Source of the DNA: Octopus sinensis | Lineage: Eukaryota | DNA: 64,000 nucleotides | Reading direction: 5' to 3' | Assembly: GCF_006345805.1 (NCBI RefSeq) | Contig: NC_043000.1 | Coordinates: 24,986,001-25,050,000, forward strand | Shown here: positions 11,800 to 24,141 of the stretch, piece after piece | Layout of the letters: the number at the start of each line of letters is the position of its first letter | Numbering within the stretch: the stretch's first letter is position 1 | Translations under genes and position numbers: made by a program | The notes under the pieces: model-generated | Seen by the model: only the letters and a program-made list of their open reading frames with translations | The model's database searches: none | Told to the model about the DNA's origin: nothing

Positions 11800-12380
11800 A
11801 GTTACAGGGCCATAAACACACCAACACCGGTTGTCAAGTGGTGGTGGGAAACAAATACACACACACACACACATATATATATATACATTCTTTTAATCTG
11901 TTTAGAATAATAAGTAAATACTAATGAGAACAATGTCGCCATGATAGATCGTTAGCCACTACACACATTTCTTTTCTCTCCTTGTTTTATTCTGTGTCCC
12001 TTTCTGGAGAAGAGTGTAGGCTCGAAACGTAAAAGACTTTTTCAATTCCTGAGCATCTGTTTGTTTTCTACACCACCTGTCTTCGTCTTTTGTTTTTTTT
12101 GGTTGTTTTGCTAAATTTTTTACTTGAGAACATTTAGTGGTAAGACCATAGCGGATCAATTTCTAGCATAAGGGTGTCCACATGGTGGTTTCCCTCTAAT
12201 ATACATATATAAATATATGTATATATACACACACAATGGGCTTCTTTCAGTTTCTGTCTACCAAATCCACTTACAAGGCTTTGGTTGGCTCAAGGCTATA
12301 GTAGAAAACACTTGCCCAAGTGGCCACACAGTGGGACTGAACCCAGAACCATGTGGTTGGGAAGCAAACTTCTTACCATA
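11800..12380 (-). mobile_element. Family A SINE interrupted in its microsatellite spacer
   Basis: 3'-half sequence at 11800-11885, 5' half resumes at ~12200; the insert contains a Penelope-like piece. Confidence 0.7.
11937..12120 (+). mobile_element. Penelope-like element terminal-repeat fragment with degenerate hammerhead motif
   Basis: cgccatgatagatcgttagc...ctggagaagagtgtaggctcgaaacgtaaaagac; homologous to 56030-56227. Confidence 0.65.
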
Positions 12381-13160
12381 CACACACACACACACACAAA
12401 AGTTCAAAGGTCAAAGTATTTTACTATACATTTGAAAGGATGGCAGGGTGCTTCATGAAGGGGTGGCAGGATGTAAGGCATCGAAAGGGAATTTGTGGTT
12501 GGTGCCTAATGTGTAACACAAAGTAAAAATGGTACTATTGATGAAATCAGCTGAATGTTATAGAGATTGTTTAAGGAATTGGTGAATCAACTAAAAATTG
12601 GTTTTGGAAAACTGCCAAGCAACAAAAAGGCACAGAATATCAGTACATTGATATTGTTTAGAAGAAAAAAAAAATACATGCAATATCTGTATACTGAATA
12701 ACAATATCTCATATACTATAAAAAGATTTATTTTTCTATCTCTGGTGGTGGTGGTGGTGGTGGTCTCTCCTTATTTTGGAAATATCACCAATTAAAGAAA
12801 AGGATCAATAGCAACAAAACAAATCTGAACTCCTGTCTAGATGAAAACAGGGCAGCATGAAATGTCAAGAGGAAAATGCTATCAACCGATAGTGTTTTAT
12901 GTTGGGAAATCATTAATTTTGGTCGGACATATATACATCAGATATGCCATTGACCACTCTTTTGAACCTCAAAAATAAGGTCAAAGCTTTATTGAGTTGG
13001 AGGAGCTTCACAAAAGACATACATTTCAGAGGTTGATGAAGATGTAACTGGATGAAATGCTAGATTTAATGAAGCTGTTATCCTCACCATGGATGAGGTT
13101 TAATAGAAAAAGAGATGTGACTAGTGTTGAATGCCCGACCATTATGGAAACATAAGCTAT

Positions 13161-13397
13161 TTAACCCTTTTGATACCAACCCGGCTGAAACTGACCCTGG
13201 TTCTGAGTACAAATGCTTTGTTTTCATAAGTTTTGAATTAAAATCTTCCACCAAACCTTAGAACCTTAGTCACAATTTATGCTCTTAACACTAGCTGAAT
13301 GATAACTAAGTTATTTTACTTAATTCTTTGTTATATTTAAAATTAATTGAAAGGAACACAGAGCATCTCAAAATAAATACGGTAACGAAAGGGTTAA
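13161..13397. mobile_element. piggyBac-type MITE
   Basis: TTAA|CCCTTTTGATACC...GGTAACGAAAGGG|TTAA; reverse-complement copy at 60439-60667. Confidence 0.8.
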
Positions 13398-13659
13398 GAA
13401 CAATGGAAAAATACCCCTCCTAGAGACAGAGGCTGCTAAATAACAACAAGTACCTGTTATGGAAGCAGACACTCTCAAAGGATAAGTATCCCTTATAGAA
13501 AAACAGAACCTATTGAAGATCAACAAGTACTTTTATGGAAACAAAGGCTGTCAGAGAAGAACGATATGAGATCTTCTCTGTAGTTCTTTGACTGCAATCT
13601 GTGTTTGGTCTGCAGCACCAAGACTGACTTGGAGCTACACAACACTTTATATAGCAATC

Positions 13660-14085
13660 AGATCTTCTTTAATGAAGATGAAAGGAAGGGTCTATAAGAG
13701 TTGTGTGAGAGCTGCAATGCTGTATGGAAGTCAGACATGATGTCTGAGGGAGAGAGAGAGAGATGGTAATTTTTGGCAATTTTAAGTAGGACTGAGAGAG
13801 CAATGATAAGAGAAATGTGTAGGGGTGAAGCGGTTTGATAAGAGGAGGGGATGCTGGGCTTGGAGGAATCAGTGGAATGGTTGGCAAGGGTGAATGGAAT
13901 GAGGTGGTATGAAGAGCATGTTCTGAGGAGGGTGATTGTATTTGAGGTAAATGAAGCATGAAAGCGAAGCAGACCAAGGAAAAGGTGGAGGGGACAGGTG
14001 GCAGAGGAGATTGGGAGGGTTGGTTTGAGAAAGGAGAACACCCAAAACCAGGCAAGATGGCGAGATGGTGTGAGGGCGGTTGCTA
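13660..14085 (+). mobile_element. RTE-clade LINE ORF C-terminal fragment, decayed
   Basis: Translates (with frameshifts and stops) to MKGRVYKSCVRAAMLYGSQT*CL...RTERAMIREMC...RPRKRW, the RTE C-terminal motifs. Confidence 0.75.
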
Positions 14086-14109
14086 TGGCATTGAGGTAGA
14101 TCCGGCCAC

Positions 14110-14392
14110 CCCCATTAACAGGGACATATAAACACACCAACATCGGTTGTCAGGCGATGGTGGGGGGATAAACAGACACACACACACACACACACACAAA
14201 TATATATATATATATGTGTATATATAACAGGCTTCTTTCAGTTTCCATCTATGAAATCCACTCACAAGGCATTGGTCTTGGTCGGCCCAAGGCTATAGCA
14301 GAAGACACTTGCCCAAGGTGCCATGCAGTGGGACTGAACCTGCAACCATGTGGTTGGAAAGCAAGCTTCTTACCACACAGCCACTCCTGCTC
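14110..14392 (-). mobile_element. Family A SINE, 3' part missing
   Basis: Reverse-complement head ccacacagccactcctg and core ggcttctttcagtttcc. Confidence 0.8.
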
Positions 14393-14402
14393 GTATATGT
14401 AC

Positions 14403-14435
<33 letters not shown>

Positions 14436-14529
14436 CATATATATATGTGTGTGTGTGTATATCAACTTTGTTCATGGTTGGACAGAGAGCATTTTTTCAT
14501 TTCGAAAATCAAAGCTGTGTGTAGGATGG

Positions 14530-14640
14530 GACTAAACATCAGACAACCACCACAAAGGACCTTCTACATGGTCACTCAACCTATTAGAAACAGCAGCCAA
14601 ATCTCCCTCAAGTGACACCCTTCTGTCTTACACAAATTAG
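14530..14640 (+). mobile_element. Family G repeat fragment
   Basis: ctattagaaacagcagccaaatctccctcaagtgacaccc; reverse-complement relatives at ~190-245, ~15960-16000 and ~40750-40830. Confidence 0.5.
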
Positions 14641-14785
14641 ATGATTTAGTCCTAAATAGCTTACTCAGTCAAGGTTAACCTGACCCTTTTTATTTTCTTG
14701 AAGGTTTTTCATCCCTTAGAGATATTACAGGAGACCCCATCAAAAGGTTAAGTTGACATTTAAAGCTTGGAGAGATCCTATCCTA

Positions 14786-15024
14786 ACGAACCCTTCTGTT
14801 TCCATATTTTTGTTAAATTACACCAGTTTTGTTTTAATTAATTTTGAAAGTAATGAAGAATTTGGTAGAATTACCTTGTCATTATTTAGCTTGGAACTGG
14901 TGTTTGGAACTGAAATGAACTTAGAACACTTTATTGCAAGTTTTAATTTAGACCCCTTTAAACCAGGAAGTCTGCATCACAGAATCATTGGCAGTCTTAG
15001 ATGGGTTTCTAACAAAAAGGTTAA
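14786..15024. mobile_element. piggyBac-type MITE, degenerate
   Basis: Ends aacaaaaagg|TTAA; similar to 5250-5436 and, in reverse complement, to 24142-24357. Confidence 0.55.
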
Positions 15025-16008
15025 AAGATCATTATTTTGCACCAGTTTCCTAACCAGTATTATTTCTTTGACACCATCCTGTAAAGGGTAGCATCAGCGT
15101 GTTCTTTCATTTTGACAACTGCCATTTCTAGTACTGCCAGGCTTCCTCAAAAGCCTCCCAGACAAAAAGAATTGAGAAGCAAGGTCCATGCTACACTTAC
15201 AGAACCATCTAATTAATGTCAATAGGATTGGTTACAATAAGAAAAACACACACACAAAAATAACAAAACAATCAATATAGATAAATGAAAGCAAAATATG
15301 CTTTCATCTCCTAATTATCAATTTGGCAACAGCACAATTATTTTCATATACACATACACACATATACATTACATACAGGGTGTACAGGGAATTGAACCCA
15401 AGAGACTAACATCTCAGCAGTAAATAAGTAAATAAATCAATCCTGTGCATGAAAGAAAAAATTGTATTTTTTTCACAGCCAAAAATAAACTTTGAAGATT
15501 TTCATTCTATCAATTTATTAATGAAATAAAGTAAACAAAAGTAAACATGAAACAGAAAAAAAAATATATAAAAAAAATAAATAAAGGAAAATGAAAAGAA
15601 AAAAAAAGAAACAAACTTGAAGAAGAAGAAAATAAAGCAAAGTGCAGCTCTCATGCTTCTTGTAAGCTAATTTATTATTCATGAAAGGAAGAGATGAGGA
15701 AGAGAATGATTATGAGAGTTTGCAGACAGCAGGCTGGAGCCAGATGTCAAGTCTCCAGATTTATTTTCTATTCTTTTTTTTTAACAATTTTACATTTTTG
15801 TAGGATGGTTCTTTTGTTAAAGAAATAGTTGCTGATTTTGTTGTTATCGAGTCCCAAGTTGGCGTTGATCAAGCAGACCAAATGATCAAAGGTTTCCAAT
15901 ATGTCTTTTTTTCCGTTTTCTAAGAGTCTCTAAAATGCCATTTCTTCAGTTTCTTTATTTGTTGGAAATATTAAGGGTGTGATTTAGTTGCTATGCTTCT
16001 AGAATATC

Positions 16009-16238
16009 TATTTCTTTACTACTCACAAGGGGCTAAACACAGAGGGGACAAACAAGGACAGACAAATGGATTAAGTCGATCACATCGACCCCAGTGCGTA
16101 ACTGGTACTTAATTTATCGACCCCGAAAGGATGAAAGGCAAAGTTGGCCTTGGCGGAATTTGAACTCAGAACGTAATGACAGACGAAATATGGCTACGCA
16201 TTTCACCCAGCATGCTAACGTTTCAGCCAGCTCGCCGC
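16009..16238 (-). mobile_element. Family D SINE monomer
   Basis: TSD cttct(a/g)gaatatc at 15996-16008 / 16239-16251. Confidence 0.9.
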
Positions 16239-16468
16239 CTTCTGGAATATCATGAAAGAGCAACCGCTTTAGCTCAAGAACTTAACTTGTTGCTATAGCT
16301 TCAAGAAATACAACTTCGCCATGCTTCTGAGATACATTGTTGTTCAAGAGAAATGATAATGAGGAATAATGTTAAGTTCAAGAATGCATCATCATTATCA
16401 TCATTTACTTAAATCAATTAAGGAAGAGCTAGATGATCTAGAAATATTATCTGCAAAATGTCAGAATC

Positions 16469-16864
16469 TTTCCTACTCTAGGCACAAGACCCGAAATTTT
16501 TGGAGAGGGGCCAGTTGATTAGAGCAACACAGTACACAACTGGTACTTAATTTATTGCCCCCAAAAGGATGAAAGGCAATGTTGACCTTGGCGGAATTTG
16601 AACTCAGAACGTAATGGCAGACAAAATACCTATTTCTTTACTACTCACAATGGGTAGTAAACACAGAGGGACAAACAAGTACAGACAAATGGATCAAGTC
16701 GATTATATCGATCCCAGTGTTTAACTGGTACTTATTTAATCAACCTCAAAAGGATGAAAGGCAAAGTCAACCTCGGCAGAATTTGAACTCAGAACATAAC
16801 GGCAGACGAAATACTGCTAAGCATTTCGCCCAGTGTGCTAACGTTTCTGCCAGTTCGCCACCCT
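16469..16864 (-). mobile_element. Family D hybrid dimer (D1 unit plus D2-tail unit)
   Basis: Two central domains with different tails inside one TSD, aaaat(g/a)tcagaatc at 16455-16468 / 16865-16878. Confidence 0.85.
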
Positions 16865-16894
16865 AAAATATCAGAATCGTATGAAAAATGTTGC

Positions 16895-17265
16895 TCATGT
16901 GGTGAAAACACTTGCTTTGTAACCACATGGTTTCATGTTCAGTCCTACTGTATGGCACTTTGAGCAAGTATTTTCTACTACAGCCCAAGGCTAACTAATG
17001 CCTTCAATGAATTTGGTAGATGGAAAATGTGTGGAAGCCTGTTGTGTGTGTATATATATATATGTTTGAGTATGTTCCCCACCACTTGGCAACCATTGTT
17101 GGTATGTTTACATCCTTGTATCTTAGTAGTTTTGGTAAAAGAGACTAACAAAATAAATACCAGACTTTGAAAAACAAGTATTAAGGTTGATTTATTCGAC
17201 TAAAACCCCTTCAGGATGGTGCCCCAGCATGGCCACAGTCCAATGAGTAAAACAAATAAAAGAAT
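16895..17265 (+). mobile_element. Family A-like SINE, old and diverged
   Basis: aaccacatggtttcatgttcagtcctactg...ccccagcatggccacagtcc. Confidence 0.7.
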
Positions 17266-17854
17266 GATAATTTGTTTATTTCCTATCAGAACATTTCATC
17301 ATGTTTTGCCTAAGTTTACCTAGATCATCAAAGCCAAGATTAGATCTCCTGGAAATGTTACCTGCAAAACACCAGCATCTAATAGAAGATGCTTTTCATC
17401 TTTTATCTCCAACGCAAAATGAAACAGAAGCCTTTTACCAGCCTCCTGTTAGATGTCTCCCTCTTAAAGGTATACAATACTACATAGCAACTTTCTCGGA
17501 AGCAAATAAGCATTTAAAAATAAGAATCTTTATTATATATTTCTAATTAATAATATGACAGTTTGAAATAGCATATTAAAAATTTAGAAAAGACAGAATT
17601 TTGTTTTAACATTTAAATGCAGAAAAAAACACAAATTAACGACCAATAGTTTGGAATCACTAATATTCTAGTTGAATCTCAATTATTATTTCTAAATGTT
17701 TTGCATTTTAGTAAAAACTTAATTGGTGCTAAATTTCATAACCAATGCATATGATATTTGATTTGATTGGTTACTTCTTCAAGTCCTACAAACCAAATAA
17801 TTTTCAGAATTAGAATTTACAAGTTTGTGTATAGACATATCCACATATATGTAC

Positions 17855-18080
17855 ACATCATCATCACCGTCAATGTTTTAGTATCCACTTTTTTCATACT
17901 TGCACAAGTCAGACAGAATTCATTGATGCTTTTCCTGTTGCCAACCTTTACTTCTTTTCAAGGTAATATTTTCTCAAGGCCAGACATGTCTTTGCAGAAA
18001 ATTGGAAATAAGCAGGGAGCTGGCAAAAACGTTAGCACGCCGGGCAAAATGCGTAGTCGTATTTCATCTGCCGTTACTAA
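17855..18080. mobile_element. Family H fragment (-) joined to a family D head (+)
   Basis: H motif aaggtaatattttctcaaggccagacatg followed by gagctggcaaaaacgttagcacgccgggc. Confidence 0.6.
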
Positions 18081-19296
18081 TGGCTCTGACAGCTAACCAT
18101 GATGATGATGATGGTGGCGGTGGTGGTTGTGGTATAGCCCCAGGTCAGGCCTTATTGAACAGACCTATGGAACAAAGATGTTGCCAACCATGCCCATCTA
18201 GTCTTTTTTATAGATCTATGCTTACAGTAATGGTGATAAAACAATGATTAAGGTTGTGATGGTTATTACAACTGTGATATTTCTATAGGATGATGTCGAT
18301 GATGAAGAAGATGGTTCTGATAACGATTACAACTGTGGAGTGATAATGGCTATGAGAGTTGTGATATTTCTGCAGAATAATAATAATGATGATGATGATG
18401 ATGTGGATGAGGAGGAGGAGAACAGCGGTGGCGGCAGCAGCAGCCGCAGCATCAGTAACTGCGCCGGTTCCCAACGGTTACGATAACGCTGCCGACAATG
18501 ACGGTAGATTATTGAAATATTAATTCCTGACTTATCAGATCTTTGACGTCATTGCCTCTCCCTCAGGAACAGCTATGTGACAATGATTACACTGTAAGTA
18601 ATCAATTGATATAGCACCTTCCATTTAACTAATGTCTATTTATCTCTTTCCCCTCACATATATATATACATATGTGTGTATGTATGCTGTACCCACTTGG
18701 GTATAAACGAGCTGATTTTACAGAGGCAAAAGGCTACTGCGTCATCATCATCAGCAAAAATGTCTGGTCACCTCTCGAAGCACTTAAATCAATAGATTTG
18801 AAATGGAGACTTTCTAAGTAAAAGTAATGGAAAACACTTCAAAAGAATAAATTTACGATGTAGAAAATTGTCTTTGCTTTAATTAACAAATTGGTTTCCA
18901 CACCTAAATTTCAAGACACTAGAAAATTAGATTTGTCAATCACTTGGACTTTGCAACAACTAACTTCTTCCAATGAAAACAGAAGCTCTCTGGGTACTCT
19001 ATAATACATCTGCTGTCTGGTTACACAGTAACTTACACCAACAATCATAGCATATAGTAATGCATAGTACATAGCAATATGTGTTTACTTTACTTAAGTC
19101 ATTGTTTATCCATTGTAATTTCTACCAAGTGATGTTATTTGATGAAAATCAAGATAGAGAAGACAGCTTAATAGAAAAAGATGGGAGAACTTAATCAGAA
19201 GTTAATACTCAAAACATCCATGTTTGGAAAGAAATTTTAGAAATTTATTAAGTTTATTAATTTATTAAGAATTGTAGAAATTTATTAAATCTATTA

Positions 19297-19695
19297 TAGG
19301 CATAGGAGTGGCTATGTGGTAAGTAGCTTGCTTACCAGCCACATGGTTCCGGGTTCAGTCCCACTGCATGGCACCTTCGACAACTGTCTTCTACTATAGC
19401 CTCGGGCCGACCAGAGCCTCATGAGTGGATTTGGCAGACAGAAGCTGAAAGAAGCCCGTCGTATATATGTATATATATATATATATATATATGTGTTCGT
19501 CCCCCCCAATATCGCTTGACAACCGATGCTGGTGTGTTTACATCCCTGTCACTTCGCAGTTCGGCAAAAGAGACCGATAGAATAAGTACTAGGCTTACAA
19601 AGAATAAGTTCTGGGGTCGATTTGCTCAACTAAAGGTGGTGCTCCAGCATGGCCACAGTCAAATGACTGAAACAAGTAAAAGAGTAAAAGAGTAA
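19297..19695 (+). mobile_element. Family A SINE, full length
   Basis: Complete head-core-spacer-tail, ending aaacaagtaaaagagtaaaagag. Confidence 0.9.
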
Positions 19696-19870
19696 GTTCA
19701 TTTAATTAATCAATTTATACTAAAATATAGCAGCACCAAAAATTTCAGGCAGAAAATATGTGAATAAGTAAGTACAAGACTATTTTGATCACCAATCCTT
19801 TCTATTATATACACTCTGAATTCTGGTATAAAATACTGTATACTTACAAATTTAATATACTAGCCTTGAA

Positions 19871-20002
19871 TTCCACCATGGTCGACTTTGCCTTTCATCC
19901 TTCCGGGGTCAATAAATTAAGTACCAGATGCATACTGAGGGTTGATCTAACTGACTGGCTCCCAGCCTCAAAATTTCAGGCCTTGTGCCTAGAGTAGAAA
20001 AG
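19871..20002 (+). mobile_element. Family D2 SINE, 5'-truncated
   Basis: 17-bp TSD aatatactagccttgaa at 19854-19870 / 20003-20019; tail aaaatttcaggccttgtgcctagagtagaaaag. Confidence 0.85.
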
Positions 20003-20008
20003 AATATA

Positions 20009-20554
20009 CTAGCCTTGAAGTCGCCCTTCAGGCAGCATTCAGGTTAGCTCTTGCAGAGGGCACCTTTGAGGCCTTCAGCCCCACTATCAGGCAACTTCAC
20101 GGCCCTAGTGTAATGAAACTTATTTCTGAAAATGTGCCAAGCATTGATGCTGATCATAGTTTAATTAATAAGCGTAGGAGTGAAGTAAATTCAGCAAAAA
20201 TAGGCGGGGGGGGGGGTCAGTGGGGCCCCATTTAAGTGACCCTTCAGAAATTGAACTTCCTTATGATGCACTCTGGGAGTTCATGGTATGAAATTCATTG
20301 TCAATGCTCTAATTTGGTCACCAATGCCATGTATTTAGTTTAAAATACAATAAAAATAGGTGGGGTGGGGAGGTCAACAGGGCCCCAACTAGGCAACCCT
20401 TAAAAAACAGACCCCACCCCCTAGGACATTCCCTGGGATTAGGGGAGTTGCTGGTTTGAGTTTCATTGTCCTTGCACCAACGGTTTAGGAGGAGTTAACG
20501 AACATAAAAACATAATAGACAGAAAAGCACCACTCAGATTTAAATTAAGAAAGA
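20009..20554 (-). mobile_element. Helitron/DINE-1-like non-autonomous element
   Basis: Minus-strand CTAG end with an adjacent hairpin-like gcccttcaggc; internal degenerate repeats (ggggcccc); the other end reads ggtttaggaggagtt...agacagaaaag...aagat. Confidence 0.5.
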
Positions 20555-20721
20555 TAATACAAAATGTTACACTATCATAGTGTTATACAACATTATAAAT
20601 TATAGAATAACATGCAAACTTAATATATTATACTATATACATAGCACTATAAAGTGTCATAGTGTTATATAACACTGTAAATCATATAACTACATCTAAA
20701 CTTAGCATGTAATGGTTTCAA

Positions 20722-20930
20722 ATTTTGACCCAAGGCCAGCAATTTCGGGGGAGAGAGCTGGTCAGTTGCATTGACCTCCAGTATTCAAATGCTACTTATT
20801 TTATCAATCCCTGAAAGGATGAAAGGCAATGCTGACCTCACTGGAATTTGAACTCTGAATGCAAAGACAGACAAAATACTGTTATGCATTTTGCCTGGCA
20901 TGCTAATGATTCTGCCAGCTTACCACCTTC
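20722..20930 (-). mobile_element. Family D2 SINE, diverged
   Basis: caaggccagcaatttcgggggag...aaaggatgaaaggcaatgctgacc...ctgccagctt. Confidence 0.7.
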
Positions 20931-21009
20931 AAATTTAATATATGACACACACACACACACACACACATATACATATATATATATATATATATATAAGATG
21001 AATGTTTTT

Positions 21010-21349
21010 TCTTTTATTCTTTTGTTTCAGTAATTTGACTGTGGCCATGCTGGAGTATCAACTTTAGTCAAACAAATCAACCCCAAGACTTATTCTTTGT
21101 AAGCCTAGTACTTATTCCGTCAGTCTCTTTTGCTGAACTGCTAAGATACGGGGATGTAAACACACCGACATCAGTTGTCAAACGATGGTTGGGGGACAAA
21201 CACAGATACAAATACATACATATGTATGTGTATATATAATAGGCTTCTTTCAGTCTCCGTCTACCAAATATACTCACAAGGCTTTGGTTGGCCCGAGGCT
21301 AAAGTAGAAGACACTTACCCAAGCTAATTACTGCACAGCCACTCCTGCG

Positions 21350-21352
<3 letters not shown>
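21010..21352 (-). mobile_element. Family A SINE with partial deletion, (TA)n on both flanks
   Basis: Head end cctgcgcc runs into (TA)n at ~21351-21396; (TA)n also at ~20975-20995. Confidence 0.8.
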
Positions 21353-21398
<46 letters not shown>

Positions 21399-22299
21399 CA
21401 CTATAAAGTGTTGTAGTTTTATATAACATTATAGAAAGTTATAGAGTTTTATAGCACAACAAAAAATCGGAAGACAAGAACATTAAATTGTAACACAAAT
21501 ATACAGAACAGTTGAACATGCTTAATTGTTTACTGGATAATTGCATAGATTGGTTAATTGCATAACTCTTCCAAAATATCACATTGTTTGAAATAAGATC
21601 GATGTACGATTGACTGGTTAATTGCATATACAAATAAAGTAATTTCAATTATTCATTAAGATTCTTTTTCCCCGATTTCTAGTAATAAAAAAGAATTTGA
21701 AGAAATGAAAAACCAAAACTTGAACTTTTGATTTAATAGGAATAAAGTGGTTCTGGAAGATTCCATTTTTCATGAAGAATTAAAATGACAGTAGTCAGTA
21801 ATTAATGTTTACAAACAACAGATGTCACAGGAATGGTATGTTTTCAACTTGTTTTTCACATTTCAATGAATTATAGACCATCAAAGTTCAGACTCAATTG
21901 TAATTCTATCTTGTTGTGTAGGAAATTTCTTCAACAAATAAATCTTCATTGTAGAAAGATAGCTTTGAATCAAACAGTGAATGGACAATATTTTGTTGCT
22001 TCCTTAATTAGCTTCATTAACCTGTAACTGACCCAATTAAAATATTTGATAACAGCATGACCCTAGTTCTTACCATGAGTAATTCAAAGATTGTGAAAGG
22101 CATTGTCAGAATGTAAGAATCTATTTAAAATTTAGTAACTGAAGAATATGAAAGATGCTCCAAACACAAAAAGAAGCTAAAACAATTTCGTCCAGCTATT
22201 ATTTATATATCAACATAAATATTAGATTTTACTATTTTGCCATCACTTTAGACAATGCGTCTTCCTAACACACTCGATACACTATAGTAAGAGGACTTT

Positions 22300-23150
22300 A
22301 AGACAACATGAGGTTTCAACCTCATTGTGTGTCTCGTCAGTCAAAACTACTCTGGACCAATGAATCTAACAAGAGTACAGGACCTTGTTTATAGAAACCA
22401 GCCAACGAATTATTTGCTGATGTGTCCTGATGTCTGCCAAACATGGTAACTCATAGGGTTCATAGAGAACAGTGAGAATTCAAACAATCACACATCTGTT
22501 CATTCTTAATAAATTCTAACAGATTTGAATGGCAAATATGTTGTTTACTGTTGCTTTTCCCCAAGGATGATCATCTCATCTCTTTAGACAATGTGTGTTC
22601 ATAAAACATGCAATTTACTGTAAGGAAACCTGAAAATACCATGATGTTTCAACCTTATTGTGTGTCAGTGGAGGCACATGGCCTAATGGTTAGAGCAGCG
22701 GACTCATGGTCGGGGGATCGCGGGTTCAAATCTCAGACTGGTCGATGCGTGTGTTTATGAGTGAAACACCTAAGCTCCACGCAGCTCCAGCAGAAGGTAA
22801 TGGTGAACTTCTGCTGACTCCTTCGCCACAACTTTCTCTCACTCTTTCCTCCAGCATCTTGCAGCTAACCTGCAACGGACCGGCGTCCCGTCCAGGAGGG
22901 GAACCTATACACCACAGAAACCGGCCCTTATGAGCCAGGCATGGCTCGAGAAGGAACAAACAAAAAACAAAACTTATTGTGTGTCTCTTCAGCCCAAGCA
23001 ACACTCCAGAGACACTGAATCTATCAAGGATCTTGTTCATAGAAACCTTGAAATACCATGATGTTTCAACTTTATTGTGTCTCTTCAATCCAAGCAACAC
23101 TCCCAAAACACTGAATCTCTCAAGGAAACACTGAATCTCTCAAGGAAATC
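22300..23150. repeat. Degenerate ~110-bp tandem repeat hosting a family C SINE
   Basis: Recurrent aaataccatgatgtttcaacYttattgtgt...aagcaacactcc...acactgaatct. Confidence 0.6.
22667..22972 (+). mobile_element. Family C SINE
   Basis: TSD cttattgtgtgtc at 22654-22666 / 22973-22985; (A/C)-rich tail. Confidence 0.9.
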
Positions 23151-23614
23151 TGCAAGCAAATTATTTGTTGACGTATACTAGTGTCTTGCCACAACACTTT
23201 TCTATTAATAATATACATTGAAATTTCATATTTTATCATCGACTATATGACTTTGGTTAATTGCATGAGAATCACTATGGCTATATAATGACACAGAAGA
23301 GAGACTGTATTTATCTTTATGAAAGGTATTTTGACAGAAGCAAGACTTCATTCTAGTATTTTCCAATATTGCAATCAGCATTCAATTATTTCAGCGGCTA
23401 TCCTTAGAGAAGTTAGAATACCATTCTTTATAAACATGGAATATTTCACTAACAAATATTAATATTCTCCATGTCAGCTACATTTTCATTTCCTATAATT
23501 ATTTAGGTACAGACGTGGCTGCATAGTTAAGAAGCTGATTTTCCAACCATATCGTTCCAGGTTCAGTCCCACTATGTAGTAACTTAAACAAGGCTTGTCT
23601 ACTGAATCTGGAAA

Positions 23615-24128
23615 CATCATCACCATCATCGTCATCGTTTAACGTCTGCTTTCCATGCTCGTATGGGTTGGACGAATGACTGAGGGCTGGTGAACCAGAT
23701 GGCTGCACCAGGCTTCAATCTTGATCTGGTAGAGTTTCTACAGCTGGATGCCCTTTGTAACGCCAACCATTCCAAGAGTGTAGTGGGTGCTTTTATGTGC
23801 CGCCGGCACGGGGTCAGTCAGGCAGTACTGGCAACGACCTTGCTCAAATCTTTTACACATGCCACCGGTACAAGTGCCAGTAAGGTGATGCTGGTAACGC
23901 TGATGCTCGAATGGTGTCTGTGTCTTTTACGTGCCACCGGCACAGAGGCCAGATAGCCGCTCTGGCAACGATCACACTTGGATGGTGCTCTTAATACCCT
24001 ACAAGCACGGGGCTCAAGTGCCAGTAAGGCGATGCTGGTAACAATCACACTTGAATGGTGCCTTTTAAGTGCCACTGGCACAGGAGCTGGTTAGCCGCTC
24101 TGTCATTGATCACACTCGTATGGTGCTA
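23615..24128 (-). mobile_element. Family F retroposon with stem-loop array
   Basis: (CAT)n-cgtttaacgtctgctttccatgc tail, then five gccag/ctggc-type units. Confidence 0.85.
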
Positions 24129-24141
24129 TAAAACAATATTA

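Noticed and set aside
15364-15480. Tc1-like terminus TACAGGGTG
   Set aside because: No matching inverted end was found nearby.
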